In this document: piece after piece, positions 1 through 13,303 of the stretch
How positions within the stretch are numbered: position 1 is the stretch's first letter
Layout of the letters: each line of letters opens with the position of its first letter
Source: Eledone cirrhosa
Taxonomy: Eukaryota
NCBI GenBank assembly: GCA_964016885.1
Contig: OZ024743.1
Span: 304,296,001 to 304,360,000 of the forward strand
Reading direction: 5' to 3'
Length of the DNA stretch: 64,000 nucleotides
Notes under the pieces: model-generated
What the model was told of the DNA's origin: nothing
Databases searched by the model: none
Seen by the model: only the letters and a program-made list of their open reading frames with translations
Program-made: the position numbers and the translations under genes

Positions 1-772
1 TCATGGTTTTACGTTGGAAGTTAAGAGTGAGGGTTGGAAATAAAAATTAAAATCCTAAATCAAATATCAGAAATTATAAATTAAACAATTAAGAAATTAA
101 CAATTAGAAATTAAAGAATTAAAAAAGAATTAAAAAAAGAATAAAAAAAATTCTTTTCAGGTGATAATTCGGATTGAGGTGAGTAAATAATATGGAGAGA
201 TGTTTAAGTAATATTTTCTGAGAGGGATTCTAGTGGCACAGTTACTCTATCCACATATTGAACGACAGTGTCGTACATTATAACTACAGGGCTCCACAGA
301 TTAGTGGATCTGGTACACAGTCCTAATTTCCATCACATGGAACAAAATCAAAGAAAAACAGACATAAAGTACACAAAAGAAAAGAACAGAACCAATAGTG
401 AATAAATGCAAAAACACAGAGTACATATATGCAAAATGATCCATATGATTGTCCATCTGTCCATGTATAGATTGAATTGAGGGGGCCTCTGTTCAAATGC
501 GATTTGGTGCAGGAAAATATGGGTTTATCCTATTATTTGTTTCCGCGTATTTATCCTGCCGAAAGTTACTATTATGCCCGTCCAGTGTAAGGGGTTTCCA
601 TCCCCATGGTAGAGGGAATTTCCGGGGTAGCTTATGGTTGGTTCCTCTCTTCTCCACCATATCGGTTACATCGTAAAGCGCTCAACTAATTGGAGCTAAA
701 TTATTAGGGTAAACATTGATGCAATTCAATTCAAGCACTCAACGTACTGTTTCCACATAGGAGTGACGGAGT

Positions 773-1014
773 AAATATCGAATAAAGAAAAGCGAACTAG
801 TTTCAGATGTTCAAATCCTTTAATAATAATGCTGTGATATATATTTCAGTGACGACACTGGCCACACTGTTCTGTGTGCGAGTGTCGTGTCATCATCAGA
901 CAGCTTGTTACATAATAAGGTTATGTGTGGCCAGTGTCGTCACTGAAATATATATCACAGCATTATTATTAAAGGATTTGAACATCTTAAACTACTTCGC
1001 TTTTCTTTATTCGA

Positions 1015-1019
<5 letters not shown>
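773..1019. repeat. Inverted repeat, ~95-bp arms (773-867 / 926-1019), ending at (TA)n
   Basis: aaatatcgaataaagaaaagcg...cactggccacac is the near-exact reverse complement of gtgtggccagtg...cgcttttctttattcgatattt. Confidence 0.9.
831..904 (-). ncRNA. Type I hammerhead ribozyme (Penelope pLTR-type)
   Basis: Minus strand: GCTGT-CTGATGA-[TGACACGACACT...AGTGTCGTCA long helix II]-GAA-ATATATAT-C^ACAGC. Helix I GCTGT/ACAGC, palindromic helix III, AUC cleavage triplet. Confidence 0.8.
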
Positions 1020-1054
<35 letters not shown>

Positions 1055-1058
<4 letters not shown>

Positions 1059-1335
1059 ATTTGTTGGGATTCAACAAGCTTAAAAATAATAACCATAACG
1101 TTCCTTTACGAATATTGGTAAACAATCTTTAACTTCTCTATCTAACTTATTATAAAACATAAAATCCAAGAATATTAACTATTCTTTATTTTGGAAAATT
1201 ATCTCCAAAGCTTCTTCATACACAGCTCTATCCAAACATTGCTCACTTTGCGTTGAAGAAATATTCTCTTTACTAAAAAGTAACTCTATTAATTTGCGAA
1301 ATAATTTATTTAGTTCTTGTAAACATCGTTTAAAC
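1055..1335 (+). pseudogene. Penelope-like GIY-YIG endonuclease C-terminal fragment
   Basis: Translates NINYSLFWKIISKASSYTALSKHCSLCVEEIFSLL...SCKHR, aligning with WKILQKARSY...CDLCISESYEML in ORF 41908-42621; contains stops. Confidence 0.75.
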
Positions 1336-2159
1336 TTAACTTTTAAATATATATATAAAATGTAATATCTGGCTAATCTCCTTTACATAATGTTTTCTAA
1401 TACCTATATATGATTCATATATTTTTAATTTACTTTCTATTATCACTACCTCATACATATACTTTATATTATTACACCTATCAATAGATTATAAACTTTT
1501 TTTATATGACTGCTTGAAACTCTTTTAAGGACATTTTTCTTGAAAAACTTACGGAAGGTTTTAGAAAATTCTTTGAAAGTCCCTTTTGAAAGGTATAGAG
1601 AAACCATTATTTTCATATCTTCCAAAATGTTTATATCTTCAAACGTTTTTAATTCATGTATCCAAATATTTGTATATATGTGGAATAACATGATTTTTAT
1701 ATATTGGTTTTTTATATATATGTGGAATAACCTATGGTTTATGTTTTAACTATATTCTTAAGATAAATTTCTTAAAAACTGTATAGCAAGTATGACTTCT
1801 TAAAAAATTACCTATGGTTTATGTTTTAATTATATTCTTAGGATAATTTATTTTTTTTTTTATAATCCTTGGAGTCATTTGAGATCTTAAAGAATCACCT
1901 CTAACCTTTAAACTTCCTTACTGTTTTTATAATATAATTAAGTAGTTATTCCTTTGTAAACTCTCGTAAAATTTTCATAAATTTAGAATTATTTGGATGT
2001 TTAAATTTTGACTTACAACTACTAATAAATATTATTTTGTCAAACTTACTTTAATAAAATAAACTATACTAGATTTTCTCTAAATAGTTTATAATCCTTA
2101 ACATACACATCTAAACCAATATTATTACTAATACATGTTAATATAATATAAATACTTTT

Positions 2160-2660
2160 GTTTTAATTTTAATTTTATTTTTTTATTTTTTATTTATTAT
2201 TTTTTATTTTTTTTTTTATTTATTTATTTATTTTTTTTTTTTTTTATTATTTTTTTTTTTTTATTTATTTTTTTTTATTATTTATTTATTTTATTATTTT
2301 TATTTATTTTTTTTTATTTATTTTTTTTTTATATATTTATTTTTTTTATATTTTTTATTTTTTATTTTGTATTTTTTATTTTTTATTTTTTATTTTTTAT
2401 TTTTTATTTTTTTTTTTTTTATTATTATTTTTTTTTTTTTTTTTTTTTTTTTATTTTTTTTTTTAATTTTTATTTTTTTATTTTTTTTTTTATTTATTTA
2501 TTTATTTTTTTTTTATTTATTTATTTTTTTTTTTTATTTATTTTTTTTTTTTATATATATATATTTTTTTTATTTTATTTTATTTTTTTTTATTTTTTTT
2601 TATTTTTATTTTTTTTATTTTTTTTTTTATTATTATTTTCATTTTTTTTTTTTTTTTTTT
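2160..2660. repeat. T-rich low-complexity tract
   Basis: About 500 nt almost entirely T with interspersed A; ORF 2367-2681 is an artefact of it. Confidence 0.95.
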
Positions 2661-3189
2661 ATATTAATATTAAATTATTAAAATAAATCATTAATATTAA
2701 GGACATTTTTAATTTATTTTGATTTCTAATTTTTTATTTTAATCTAATTTTCAACCTATCATTATAAGTATTATAATCAAAACGTAATAAACCCTACATT
2801 ATAAATATTATTCTTCCACGTTAATCTTATTTCTTCTTTCACTTCTTTCACTTAGATATATTTACGCTGTGTATATTTCTCCATTGAAACTTATTTCTGC
2901 ATTCACTCTATCTTCACTATCAATATGTATAATCGTGCTTTCTTTCATATTCTCTCTTTCTCTTTTCTTGTTTTGTTTTATTTTCTCTCTCCCTTACATA
3001 TCTTCTCCTTCCAACAGTTTAATTTAAATAAACCGTTATCTTTTTAACCTTTCGGACACTCATTTGCATACTCACTCACAACTTTGTATTACCCTCAATA
3101 AAGTATTATCTCCACTATCCAAGAAGCTCCAACCGTTAAGGTTGTCTTTTTTTCCGGGTATGTCAATATTTATTTATAAAACAAATCTG

Positions 3190-3254
3190 TATTTTACCTG
3201 ATGAAAACGCACCATAATTTGCCTTCGTTGCCCTTGAAATATGTATAATTAAAT
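3190..3254 (+). ncRNA. Degenerate type I hammerhead, same family as 11687-11751
   Basis: tattttac-CTGATGA-...-GAA-ATATGTAT-A^attaaata. Helices I and II have mismatches; followed by (TA)n 3292-3493. Confidence 0.55.
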
Positions 3255-3287
3255 AAATATGTTTTTTTAAATATAGTTTCCATTTAT

Positions 3288-3379
<92 letters not shown>

Positions 3380-3394
3380 CATATATATATATAC

Positions 3395-3498
<104 letters not shown>

Positions 3499-3527
3499 AA
3501 ATGTGTGTAATCCTTGGTATAGTTAGG

Positions 3528-3650
3528 TATATTAAGACAAGGGGAAGAAAGAATGGCTTCACTTGTGCTTTCAACAAATTTATTTTCTTCACCTGAAGAA
3601 AATAAATTTGTTGAAAGCACAAGTGAAGCCATTCTTTCTTCCCCCCTGTC

Positions 3651-3657
<7 letters not shown>
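3528..3657. repeat. Near-perfect palindrome (2-nt loop at 3592-3593) between (TA)n tracts
   Basis: ...ttcaacaaatttattttcttca CC tgaagaaaataaatttgttgaa...; arms of about 64 bp. Confidence 0.9.
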
Positions 3658-3702
<45 letters not shown>

Positions 3703-4472
3703 TTGACTGATATAAAAGATAGCGAAGCGAAAACCCACCAAACAGTGAGTGTTCTGTTATTAATTCTGGCAATATTATTTCAACAATATGACCCTCCCCA
3801 TATATATATATATATATTTCTGTGAGTGTGTGTACATATACATGGCAGTAACACTAAGACATTATTTTTGTTCATAATAGTGGAATTGATGAAAACATAT
3901 ATTAAGAGATATTATATGATTAAATATATTAAATATGTGTGTAGCCTCGTAATCAAAGTTGAATATTTCTTCCTAAAACAAGTATTGTTTTCTATATGTT
4001 CCTCTGTGAATTTATCACTGAGTTGCTACTAGGAGCTGAGAATATCAGACAGCGATGTTTCAAGATTTTATAATCTTTCTCATATACACGTGTCCATATG
4101 TTATCATATACACCAATGTATTGTTAAACGCTGTCTCGCTGTTAAATATTACCATCCAATTTCGCACAATATGCCAACGAGTATTTGTAACCGATATTTT
4201 CTGTTTGATGTACACAAATGAGCATCCAAGCATATGATCATCACGCTAAGTTATATATAGGTTCTAGCCTCTGTTCATGCTAGTATGGGTTGAGTGAGCG
4301 TCACTGATGAAATATAAAAAATCTTGAAACAGCGTTTTCTGCCATTCTAAAAACGCACTGGCAAATCTTTGATATATTCACGAAGAAAAACAGAGAAAAA
4401 TATTATTTTCTTTGCGAAAAGCTATTTCCTTTGATTGCGAGGCTACACACATATTTAATGTATTTAATCATA

Positions 4473-4659
4473 TAATTGTTTTTACTATGGCACAAGGCCG
4501 GAAATAACCTAGTACATTACTGGTACGTTATTGTATCGACGCCGTAAGGATGAAAGGCAAAGTTAACCTCGGCGGGATTTGAACTCAGAATGGCAAGGGC
4601 CATAACTCTATGTGTCAAAGCATGGCGTCCGACCTTCTACCGATACTGCCAATCTACCG
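4473..4659 (-). mobile_element. tRNA-derived SINE with Nin/Deu-like central domain
   Basis: Reverse complement of TGGCAGTATCGG (A box), GTTCAAATCC (B box) and GCCTTTCATCCTTACGG-GTCGAT...GTACCAGT. Confidence 0.9.
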
Positions 4660-4849
4660 ATCATATAATATCTCTTTATATATGTATTCATCAATACCAC
4701 TATTATGAACAAAAAAATATATATATATATATTTATTTATTAAAATAACAGATTAAAGTTTAAGCAAAGAATCGCTGCTTTCACCCTTAACTAAAAAAGT
4801 CAATCTATGAACGCAGAATGAAATATTTCAAAAAAACGTTGCAACCGGA

Positions 4850-5140
4850 GGAAGACAGGAAGACGCATTATATGGTATAACCCACCATATAATATGGAGG
4901 TGGCCACACCATTAACTAAGATTTTTCTCTCCCTTATTATGAAGCATTTTCCCCCAACACATAAATATAGTAAAATTTTTAATAGAAATACCATTAAAAT
5001 TTCTTACTCTACGACTCCTAAATAAAAGACCGTGTGACCTTGCGACACTGAGGCCCTGGAAATACTCGACGCCAAAGACCACATCTTAAACAAAACATCT
5101 GAGGCAATTTCGGCTTGAAACATAAATTGCACTACACTTT
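4850..5140 (+). pseudogene. Internally deleted Penelope-like (Naiad-type) ORF fragment
   Basis: RRIIWYNPPYNMEVATPLTKIFLSLIMKHFPPTHKYSKIFNRNTIKISYSTTP is joined directly to RPCDLCDTEALEILDAKDHILNKTSE; both blocks are homologous to ORF 41908-42621. Confidence 0.85.
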
Positions 5141-6589
5141 CCTGTATTACAGCCCCACATTATACCCTAACGGATAGTACGAACTATACGCGGATATTTT
5201 ACGTATTGATGTGGTAGCTAAATATATGTTATGTTTATACCATTACGTATTTGTATAGGTAAGTATATATTACCTGTATGTTTTGTGAAGGTACGTATAC
5301 TTTCTCGTACGTATATTTGATTGTATATGTTATGGCGTATATATTATATATTCTGTACATATGCATTTGGTTATGTGTATACGCGACTTTTCCGTCTGTG
5401 TGAGTATGCGGGTTAGTACGTATGTAGGGTGCGTGTATATGTGTACTTTGTGTTTTGGTTTACGTTCGTCTCCTAACATATGTGTATTTACATGTAGGAA
5501 TGTGTGTGCGCGCGTTATATACGTATTTATTTATTCATATACGTTTATTTAATTATATGTATATACGCACACATATAAATATATATATATTTTTATATGT
5601 ATTCGGTGTATACATTCGTATGTGTGCGCGTACAGGTGTTGCGTGGGTTATGTATGTGCGTGCGGGTTTTTTGTGTACGTACTTGTATTGTATTCCTATG
5701 GCGAGTGTTTTCGCGTATGCTTGTGTATGTACGTATATGGATGCGCGTATGTATTTATTTAATTTCTATTACCTCTGTATTTTATTTACTTTATTCTTAA
5801 CTCTGAAGCCGAGAATCATTCGGTTTCCTAGTTAGAATTTTACTCTACGACTTCAGTTATACCATTTACGTGGTTTTGTCTTTGCGTGCAATTGTTCTCC
5901 TCGCTCCACATAATGACGTATTTTCTTCGTTTTTTCCGTTCATTGCCAGAGCACGTCTCCATGAACCACCTAATAGAATATTAGTCCAGGACTTCTTTCA
6001 TACCATAAACGTGGTCTTGTCTTTGCGTGTAATTGTTTTTCACCGCTCCGAATAATGACGTATTATCTTCGTTTTTTCCCATTCTTTGCCAGGGAACGTT
6101 TCCACGAACCAAAGTATCGTCTTTCTGTCTTCCTCCGGTTGCAATGTTTTTTTAAATATTTACTTCTGCGTTGACAGATTGACTATTTTAGTTTCAGAAG
6201 ATCCCGTTAATGGTGAAAGCAGCGATTCTTTGCTTAAACTTTAATCTGTTATTTTAATAAATATTTGCTCTACGGTTCTTATATATTTGATATATATTTA
6301 TCCTTGTCGAGCCCTCTTTGGATGTTAGTTTTCGAATTTATTATTATTACTATATATATATATATTTATTTATTTATAAAGACATATGCAAATATATTTT
6401 CCTTCTGTCTCTTGTGTTGAATTCATATGTTATATTCGAGTATGTATATATAGAGATGAGAGACAAAGAGGGGGGTGCGTACGCACAGATATAATGAATG
6501 TAGTATGATAATAAACAAAGGAAAACATTTTTCAAATGAAAAAAAGATTAGAAATTAAAGTGAAATCAATGACGGCAGTACTATCTATG

Positions 6590-7060
6590 ACAGTCGTAGT
6601 AACATTGTTTCTTAAAGTAGGAAACAAAACAGCCAAGTTGATAAATCATATTGTGTTTAGGCATTCTAAAGGGCGGTAGCTTCTATGTTTTATCACAAAC
6701 GTTGCCCTGCTTATAAGCGCTCAGGTAGGGACAGCACCTCTCTGGACTCATTCATACAATTGTTGCTAGTCTTATACTGCATTGCATCATTTCAGCCAAA
6801 CTCAGTGGACCCCGTCTGGTACGAGGGCTTTCCAATTTGGTATCTTCGCCATTTGATATTTCACGTCGCTTATGATCATATCTGTTTGTATATTTCTTCC
6901 TCACAATTCTCTCTTGATGGTGCCTATCTACTTGGCATCATTTCTATGCCTCATACTTTTTCCGAATATCCCATTCCAGAAAACCTTAGCCTCATTAGCA
7001 TTAAGGATAGCATACTGCCCATTGTTTCCTTCTATATTGTCAAAGGATTGTTTTGTATTA
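6590..7060 (-). pseudogene. R4/Dong-like non-LTR retrotransposon RT N-terminal fragment
   Basis: Minus strand: EAKVFWNGIFGKSMRHRNDAK, IPNWKALVPDGVH*VWLK (NWKAPGPDG-like) and SYRPL (NYRPI-like). Confidence 0.7.
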
Positions 7061-7070
7061 TTTTGGATAA

Positions 7071-7260
7071 GGCGGTGGATTGGCAGTATCGGTAGAAGGT
7101 CGGACGCCATGCTTTGCAGCAAAGATTTACGACCCTGTGTGGTCTGAGTTCAAATCCTGCCAAGGTTAACTTTGCCTTTCATACTTACGGGGTAGATAAA
7201 ATTAAGTACCAGTAATACACTTGGATAATTGCTAGCCTTGTGCCAAATGTAGAAACAATT
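7071..7260 (+). mobile_element. SINE (same family as 4473-4659)
   Basis: ggattggcagtatcggtagaaggtcggacgcc...gagttcaaatcctgcc...gcctttcatacttacggggtagataaaattaagtaccagt...gccttgtgcc. Confidence 0.9.
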
Positions 7261-8398
7261 ATTTTGGAATATTCTACTCTCCTTGAACTGTTTATTTCTA
7301 TATACATATCCCCTCATCTTGTGGCTTTTTGAGAGCATTCTGTTTCAACTTGTCTAATATTGTGTTGAACTCACCCTTCAATATGCCTTGTCAAGTATTT
7401 CTCGAGCAGCCTTTTTCCGGGTGGTCCCGGACTGGTCCGAAGATCCTTCTCCAAATCAGACTCAACGATATGAAGAATATACCAAACTACATCAAATTGT
7501 CAGAAAGGTGCAAGATACAAATGATTCCTGAGGGCAAACAACCGAACTGTTTTGTTTCTGGTGAAGCCACTTACCTACGAGCCTTTGATGGCCAGCTGAA
7601 AAATCTCTCTGGAATTTCTCCCTGTGTGAAACTCGGAAGTCTCCTCTATCGGGGAATTTACTTTGTTTGAATTTGTTTTTATATCCGATTATGTGAATAT
7701 TTTACATGCTAAAACCCACACCTTTTTCGTCCTGTTTTGTCTGTAGACTCCTTAATGTTCTTCTTCATGTACGCCCTGGGCGGCTAATAAAGAAATCATT
7801 ATCATCATTGACTTTGATTTTTCTGAAATTCTTATATTTTCCTTCTATTGAAATAACTTGAAGTGCTATTGTTTGGTGTATGTTCTCTGAAGGTGTTATC
7901 TATAAGCTACTCCGGTTTTCTAATTGAAATCGTTTTATAAAGAAAATCATATTAAAACAATATCAAAACATTGATTCAATCATCGTGTATGGAACGACAT
8001 ATGTCATTGAGTTTTCCGTTGCGTTTGCTTTTCAAATTATATCGTGATCATCTTAATAATGGTGGTAGGGATAATGATGATGACTGACGTTTTAATTCTA
8101 ATTGAGTACGAAGAAAAATAGATGTGATGAGGGGACGATAAGGAAGATGATGCTGTTGATGATAATGACGATGTATGATGATGAGGTTGATTATGATGAT
8201 GATGGTTTTGATGTTGATGAGGAGGAGAAGAATAAAAATGTGGATGAGGAAAAGGTGGACGGGTGAGAAGAAGAGGAGGAGTTTAATTCCAAACTAGGTA
8301 ATCCTCGTTCTCAGCTTCGAAGGTTAGATAAAATAAAGATATCAATTAGGAACTGGGCAGCTTTATCGTATAAACACCAGGTATTATCATTTAAGATT

Positions 8399-8584
8399 GT
8401 GGATTTGCAGTATCGGTAGAGGGTCGGGCGCCATGCTTTGCAGCTTAGAGTTACAGCCCTTTTCGGTCTGTGTTCAAAACCCGTCGAGGTTAACTTTGCC
8501 TTTCATCCTAACGGGATCAATAAAATAAAGCACCAGTAATGCACTGGGGTAATTGATAGCCTTGTGCCAAAAATAGAAACAATT
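8399..8584 (+). mobile_element. SINE copy
   Basis: Same head, central domain and gccttgtgccaaaaatagaaacaatt tail. Confidence 0.9.
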
Positions 8585-10499
8585 AGATTTAAGAACCAAA
8601 TATGTTGCGTTATATAAAGCGACTGATTATTATGGGGAAAGATTGATGATGATAATAGTGACTATAATATTGTAGATTGCGAAAGCTATGTTAATAGGTA
8701 AGATGAGTGTTTGGCAATGTTATGGTTTTAATAAACCCAATATCAGTCTTGAATTCCTTTCTGTATACCAGGGAATGAAGTATTATACATAGTAAACTAA
8801 CTTCACCCAAATTTGACATATATAGATATAATATTTCTGGTTGCTTTCCTTAATAACTTATGTTCTTGTAAATTGTAATGGTAGTGATGATTTGCTATAT
8901 GACAAGGAAGCTGTTTATGAAACTGAGTACTGTTTCCTTCTTCTGCTGCTATTATTGGTGGCGAGGCTGATGTTGCTGGAAAGGATGATTATGATGATTA
9001 TGTTCGATGCTAGTTGTGATAATAGTGGTGCTCTTGGTAATGCTTGTGGTTCTCGTATTGGTGATGATGATATATTTTCATATTTAATGACACGTATTTC
9101 ATAAATACATTTACTACAGGGTTATATTGATATGACGGTATTCATGGTGAGCTAGGCGAAAACTTCCAGTTTTCGTAAGGATTTTATTTTACATTTTGCT
9201 GTAATGGCAATGGGACGTAAAATGGATGCAATAATGTACAGCAAAATATTTCTTGATATATATGCCGTTGAAATTCGTTATAATACCAATAATCCATAAG
9301 TTATTTTTTAAATGTGAGAGATAGTTCTTCATAGTATGACGGTTTCACATAAGATTATAAGCTGTTACTTAATTTTCAAAATATTGAAAAATATTTAATT
9401 CTCTATTTGACAAATATTTGTATGATATTATTCTTCAGTTATACATCCATTATTTGTATTATGTTGCACCTATATGATCATGTTAACAAACATTTTGATG
9501 TCACACTTGCCAAACACAATAAATGATAAAACCGAAAAAAGTATGGAATGCTTATGAAAATTGTTGAGACTTTTAACAACAAATTTCAAATAAGTTTCCA
9601 TGGAAAACAATATCCACCGTTTTATACTATAGTTTATTCATTATTCGGCATATGAAAAATTATAAATCTAAAATTATGAATCGTATTTCACTTATTTTTT
9701 ATGGTTCATGCTAACTGTTGAGTACATAGGAATAGGGACTACACAATTCCAGTAAAATTGTCTAACAATATCCGAGAAAGGTACTTAATTTCCTTAAATG
9801 GGTAATTGTAACCCGGTGGAATTATTTTGAGAACAGATTAAAATTTAGACAGCACATTTTGTAAGAATGCTTCTTATTCTACAACCAGTCCAACAACATA
9901 CTTTCTAGTTAAATAAAATGATCATAAAATATCGAACGTAATACATTTTTTTGAACCAGAAAATTAAGTTTACAAATTAGTTTATGGACCATTATGTTAC
10001 TATTTGTAAAATTCCTATATTTTACAGAAGATAGAATTAATTAAATTTAGTGAGATTCATTTAATTCTTATGATTTTGAATGATATAAACTAGTGAAACA
10101 TGTTTCAGTAAGATATTGAAACATTTCTCGCACTCATCTTAATTTGATCTTACATTCTGCGTTATAGCTCTCACCAGTTGTGTAAATTAATAATCAACTC
10201 TTATAATCCATGATATCAATGATAATAAATCACTCAGAAAATATATAAAAGCATCGAAAAAATCAAAGAAAACCTCAAATATTGTTTTGAGATGAAATGT
10301 TTTCTTTGGTTTTGATTTTACTTTGAGTAGTATGGGTTTTTACTTACGTTGTTGTAGTTCTTGTTGCTACTGATGTAGTGACACTTGTTACTATTGTTAT
10401 TTTCATCACGCTGATAAGAGAAGGCATAGAAAATACAATAGAACATCTAATGTTTGATTTTCATATGGTAGAAAAATCCAATTATTTTCTAGATCTAGA

Positions 10500-11350
10500 A
10501 TTTCTTTCAGCGAAATATCTGGATTATTTAGATTATACTATCTAATAAACAAATACACATATGAAGGATATATAGGTCTGTTTTTATTGCATTTGCAAGC
10601 ACTTTATACGTCATCACTCTATCCAGCATACTCAAACAATATAAAAGAGAATTGTGTAAATTATGAAGGAAAAACACGGTGTGAGGGAAGATGTCAATGG
10701 GAACACATTTGAGATTGCATTGAGGTTTATAATAAACAATAAAAAGATCACAAATATAGAACATTTGATAGAAAGAATACACAGAGTATATAAAATAAAA
10801 CGTACGATGAAACAGGAAACGATGAGTTAGCGCAAATCAATGGAATTGTCAAAAAAGGGAATCAAATACCTGCACAAATATACCACGCAGCTGAGTACTT
10901 AAAAATGGAAAAGTATTATGGTGTCCACAACACAAGCAACAAATGGGGCAGTATTGTAAAACAAAATAAATAGAAACTAATAATACCATACAACTGAAAT
11001 GATAGTTAAAACTATAAAGACCAAATAGAAACATCCAAGAAATACAGGGTGAAGACAAAAGTATATTCAGAATTCCACAGTGACTAAATACAAAATACAA
11101 ATACATATTAGAATATAACGACCAGGAATACTATTCAAAGGAAACTGAGAGATATTGCAGCAAGAATATAAAAAATAGAAAATTCAATTATCTGGGATCA
11201 ATGTGAACACTTGTCCAAGCTATATGCAAACAAGTAGTTAGATCCACGAGAGGATATTCCGTTTTTGGAAACAAATTTTATCAGGCAGTGTAATGTAATC
11301 TATCTGGTATAACTAGTAAATGTCTTAATATAATCACATTGTAGTCAGCC
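10500..11350 (+). pseudogene. Highly degraded LINE (RTE-like) RT remnant
   Basis: Residual FNYLGS motif near 11183 and an FIAFA (FIDF-like) motif near 10581; many stops. Confidence 0.35.
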
Positions 11351-11371
11351 ATACTCCTCACCATAGTAGGT

Positions 11372-11447
<76 letters not shown>

Positions 11448-11485
11448 GATATTAACAAATGGAAACTATATTTATAAACCATATT

Positions 11486-11550
11486 TATTTCATTATACAT
11501 ATTTCAAGGACACCAAGTTAAATTATGGTGTGCTTTCGTCAGATAAAATA
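11486..11550 (-). ncRNA. Type I hammerhead ribozyme (mirror copy of 11687-11751)
   Basis: Left arm of the palindrome; tcgtcag core at 11536-11542. Confidence 0.75.
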
Positions 11551-11686
11551 TAATATAGATCAGTTTTATAAATAAATATTGAAATACCCTTAAAGAATGC
11601 AACCATTGCTGTTGGAAGCACCCAACAGCAATGGTTGCATTCTTTAAGGGTATTTCAATATTTATTTATAAAACTGATCTATATTA

Positions 11687-11751
11687 TATTTTATCTGACG
11701 AAAGCACACCATCATTTAACTTGGTGTCCTTGAAATATGTATAATGAAATA
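11687..11751 (+). ncRNA. Type I hammerhead ribozyme
   Basis: TATTTTAT-CTGACGA-aagcACACCA tcatttaact TGGTGTcctt-GAA-ATATGTAT-A^ATGAAATA. 8-bp helix I, quasi-palindromic helix III. Confidence 0.75.
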
Positions 11752-11902
11752 AATATGGTTTTATAAATATCGTTCCAATTTGTTAATATCGTATCTTTAC
11801 TCCAAATATTTGTTGAGTGCTTTATATCAGTTATAAAAATATTTGCTTGTTGTATCCCAACAATTTAAATAGAACTTTTACATATATATATATATATATA
11901 TG

Positions 11903-13209
11903 TAGGAAAGAAAATAAGGTGCCGGTCCCTTCCGGGAAATGGCCATGCTCAGTGTGTAGGAAAGGCGTAGGTAGAAACTCCATTTTATGTCCCAAATGCA
12001 AGGTATGGGTGCATAAAAGAAGTAGTGGGATCACAGGTAAGCTAACTAAGAACATAGATTTTACATGTGGCCGGTGCTCTGGTGCAATAAGTAGCAGCAA
12101 GTGCTCACAAAATAATAGCTCTTTCAATTGCGCAGAGGGTTCTATAGAAATAGTGGACAGCTTCCGTTACCTGGGCGACAAAATCAGCAGTGGGGGAGGG
12201 TGCTCTGAGAGTACAGTAGCTAGAGTCAGAACTGGTTGGAAAAAGTTCAGAGAGCTCATACCACTATTAGCTGCTAAAGGGTTCTCCCTAAGAATGAAAG
12301 GCAGGTTGTATGATGCCTGCATACGAACAGCAATGTTGCATGGCAGTGAGACCTGGGCATTGTGTGCAGAAGATATACGCAGACTAGAGAGGAACGAAGC
12401 TTGCATGCTCCGCTGGATGTGTAATAGTAACATACGTGAACGGCAAAGCATAAGCGAACTAAGGAAAAAATTAGAAATAAGAGGGATAAGCTGTTGTTTA
12501 CTCGAGAGAAGGCTACGTTGGTATGGTCACGTGATGCGCATGAAAGACGACAGCTGTATAACAAAGTGCAGGGCAATAAAGATAGACGGTAGCTACGGAG
12601 TAGGCAGACCCAGAAAAAACCTGGGACGAGCTGATAAATTCTGACCTCACACACTTACACCTCTCCAAGACAATATCACTGGACCGAGACCTTTGGCGGT
12701 ACTCAGTAATAGAGAAGACCCGCCTTACCTAAATACAAAGTAAAACCTACTACAGCCAGTAGGCATCTCTAACAAAATACACCCCCGCCCCACCACCCCA
12801 CCCCATCCACACCGCCCCTTTCAATGTAAAGTTATGTTGGTGCCACTACATCCAGGCCGAAACAAATGAGATCGTGTAGACACAGTCCACGCTGTAATGT
12901 GGTCGTGTAGGCAACACGGTAAAAACCTCCCAGCCCCACACTGTAAATGTGGTTGGTGTTAGGAAGGGCATCCAGCTGTAGAAAACCTGCCAGACAGTCC
13001 ACACTGTAATGTGGCCGTGTAGGCAACACGGTAAAAACCTCCCAGCCCCACACTGTAAATGTGGTTGGTGTTAGGAAGGGCATCCAGCTGTAGAAAACCC
13101 GCCAGATAGTCCTATGCGAGCTAGACAAACACTCTTGCATCAAGTGGGAAAACCCCCGTCCAAACCCATGCAAGCGTGGAACACGGACGTTAAACGTTGA
13201 TGATGATGA

Positions 13210-13211
<2 letters not shown>
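11903..13211 (+). mobile_element. 5'-truncated RTE-type LINE: Cys-rich finger plus RT C-terminus, 3' UTR, (TGA)n tail
   Basis: ORF 11817-12644: WPCSVCRKGVG..ILCPKCKVWVHK..CGRC, FRYLGD, MLHGSETW, RRLRWYGHVMR, GRPRK. The UTR carries a 112-bp tandem duplication (12882-13110) and ends in acgttaaacgttgatgatgatg. Confidence 0.9.

Positions 13212-13300
<89 letters not shown>

Positions 13301-13303
<3 letters not shown>

Larger units (their letters stand above)
11447..11792. repeat. Large palindrome (~170-bp arms, loop 11616-11621) adjoining (TA)n
   Basis: acgatattaacaaat...ccattgctgttgg AAGCAC ccaacagcaatgg...atttgttaatatcgt. Confidence 0.95.

Noticed and set aside
5116-5118. In-frame TGA at a conserved Cys of the Naiad-type fragment (possible selenocysteine)
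   Set aside because: tgaaacataaa is more simply a 1-nt deletion of TGT AAA CAT (C-K-H), which is intact in the homolog near 1318; the frame also shifts there.
8100-8280. Acidic (GAT/GAG) stretch resembling a coding exon
   Set aside because: It is low-complexity trinucleotide sequence with stops and no splice support.
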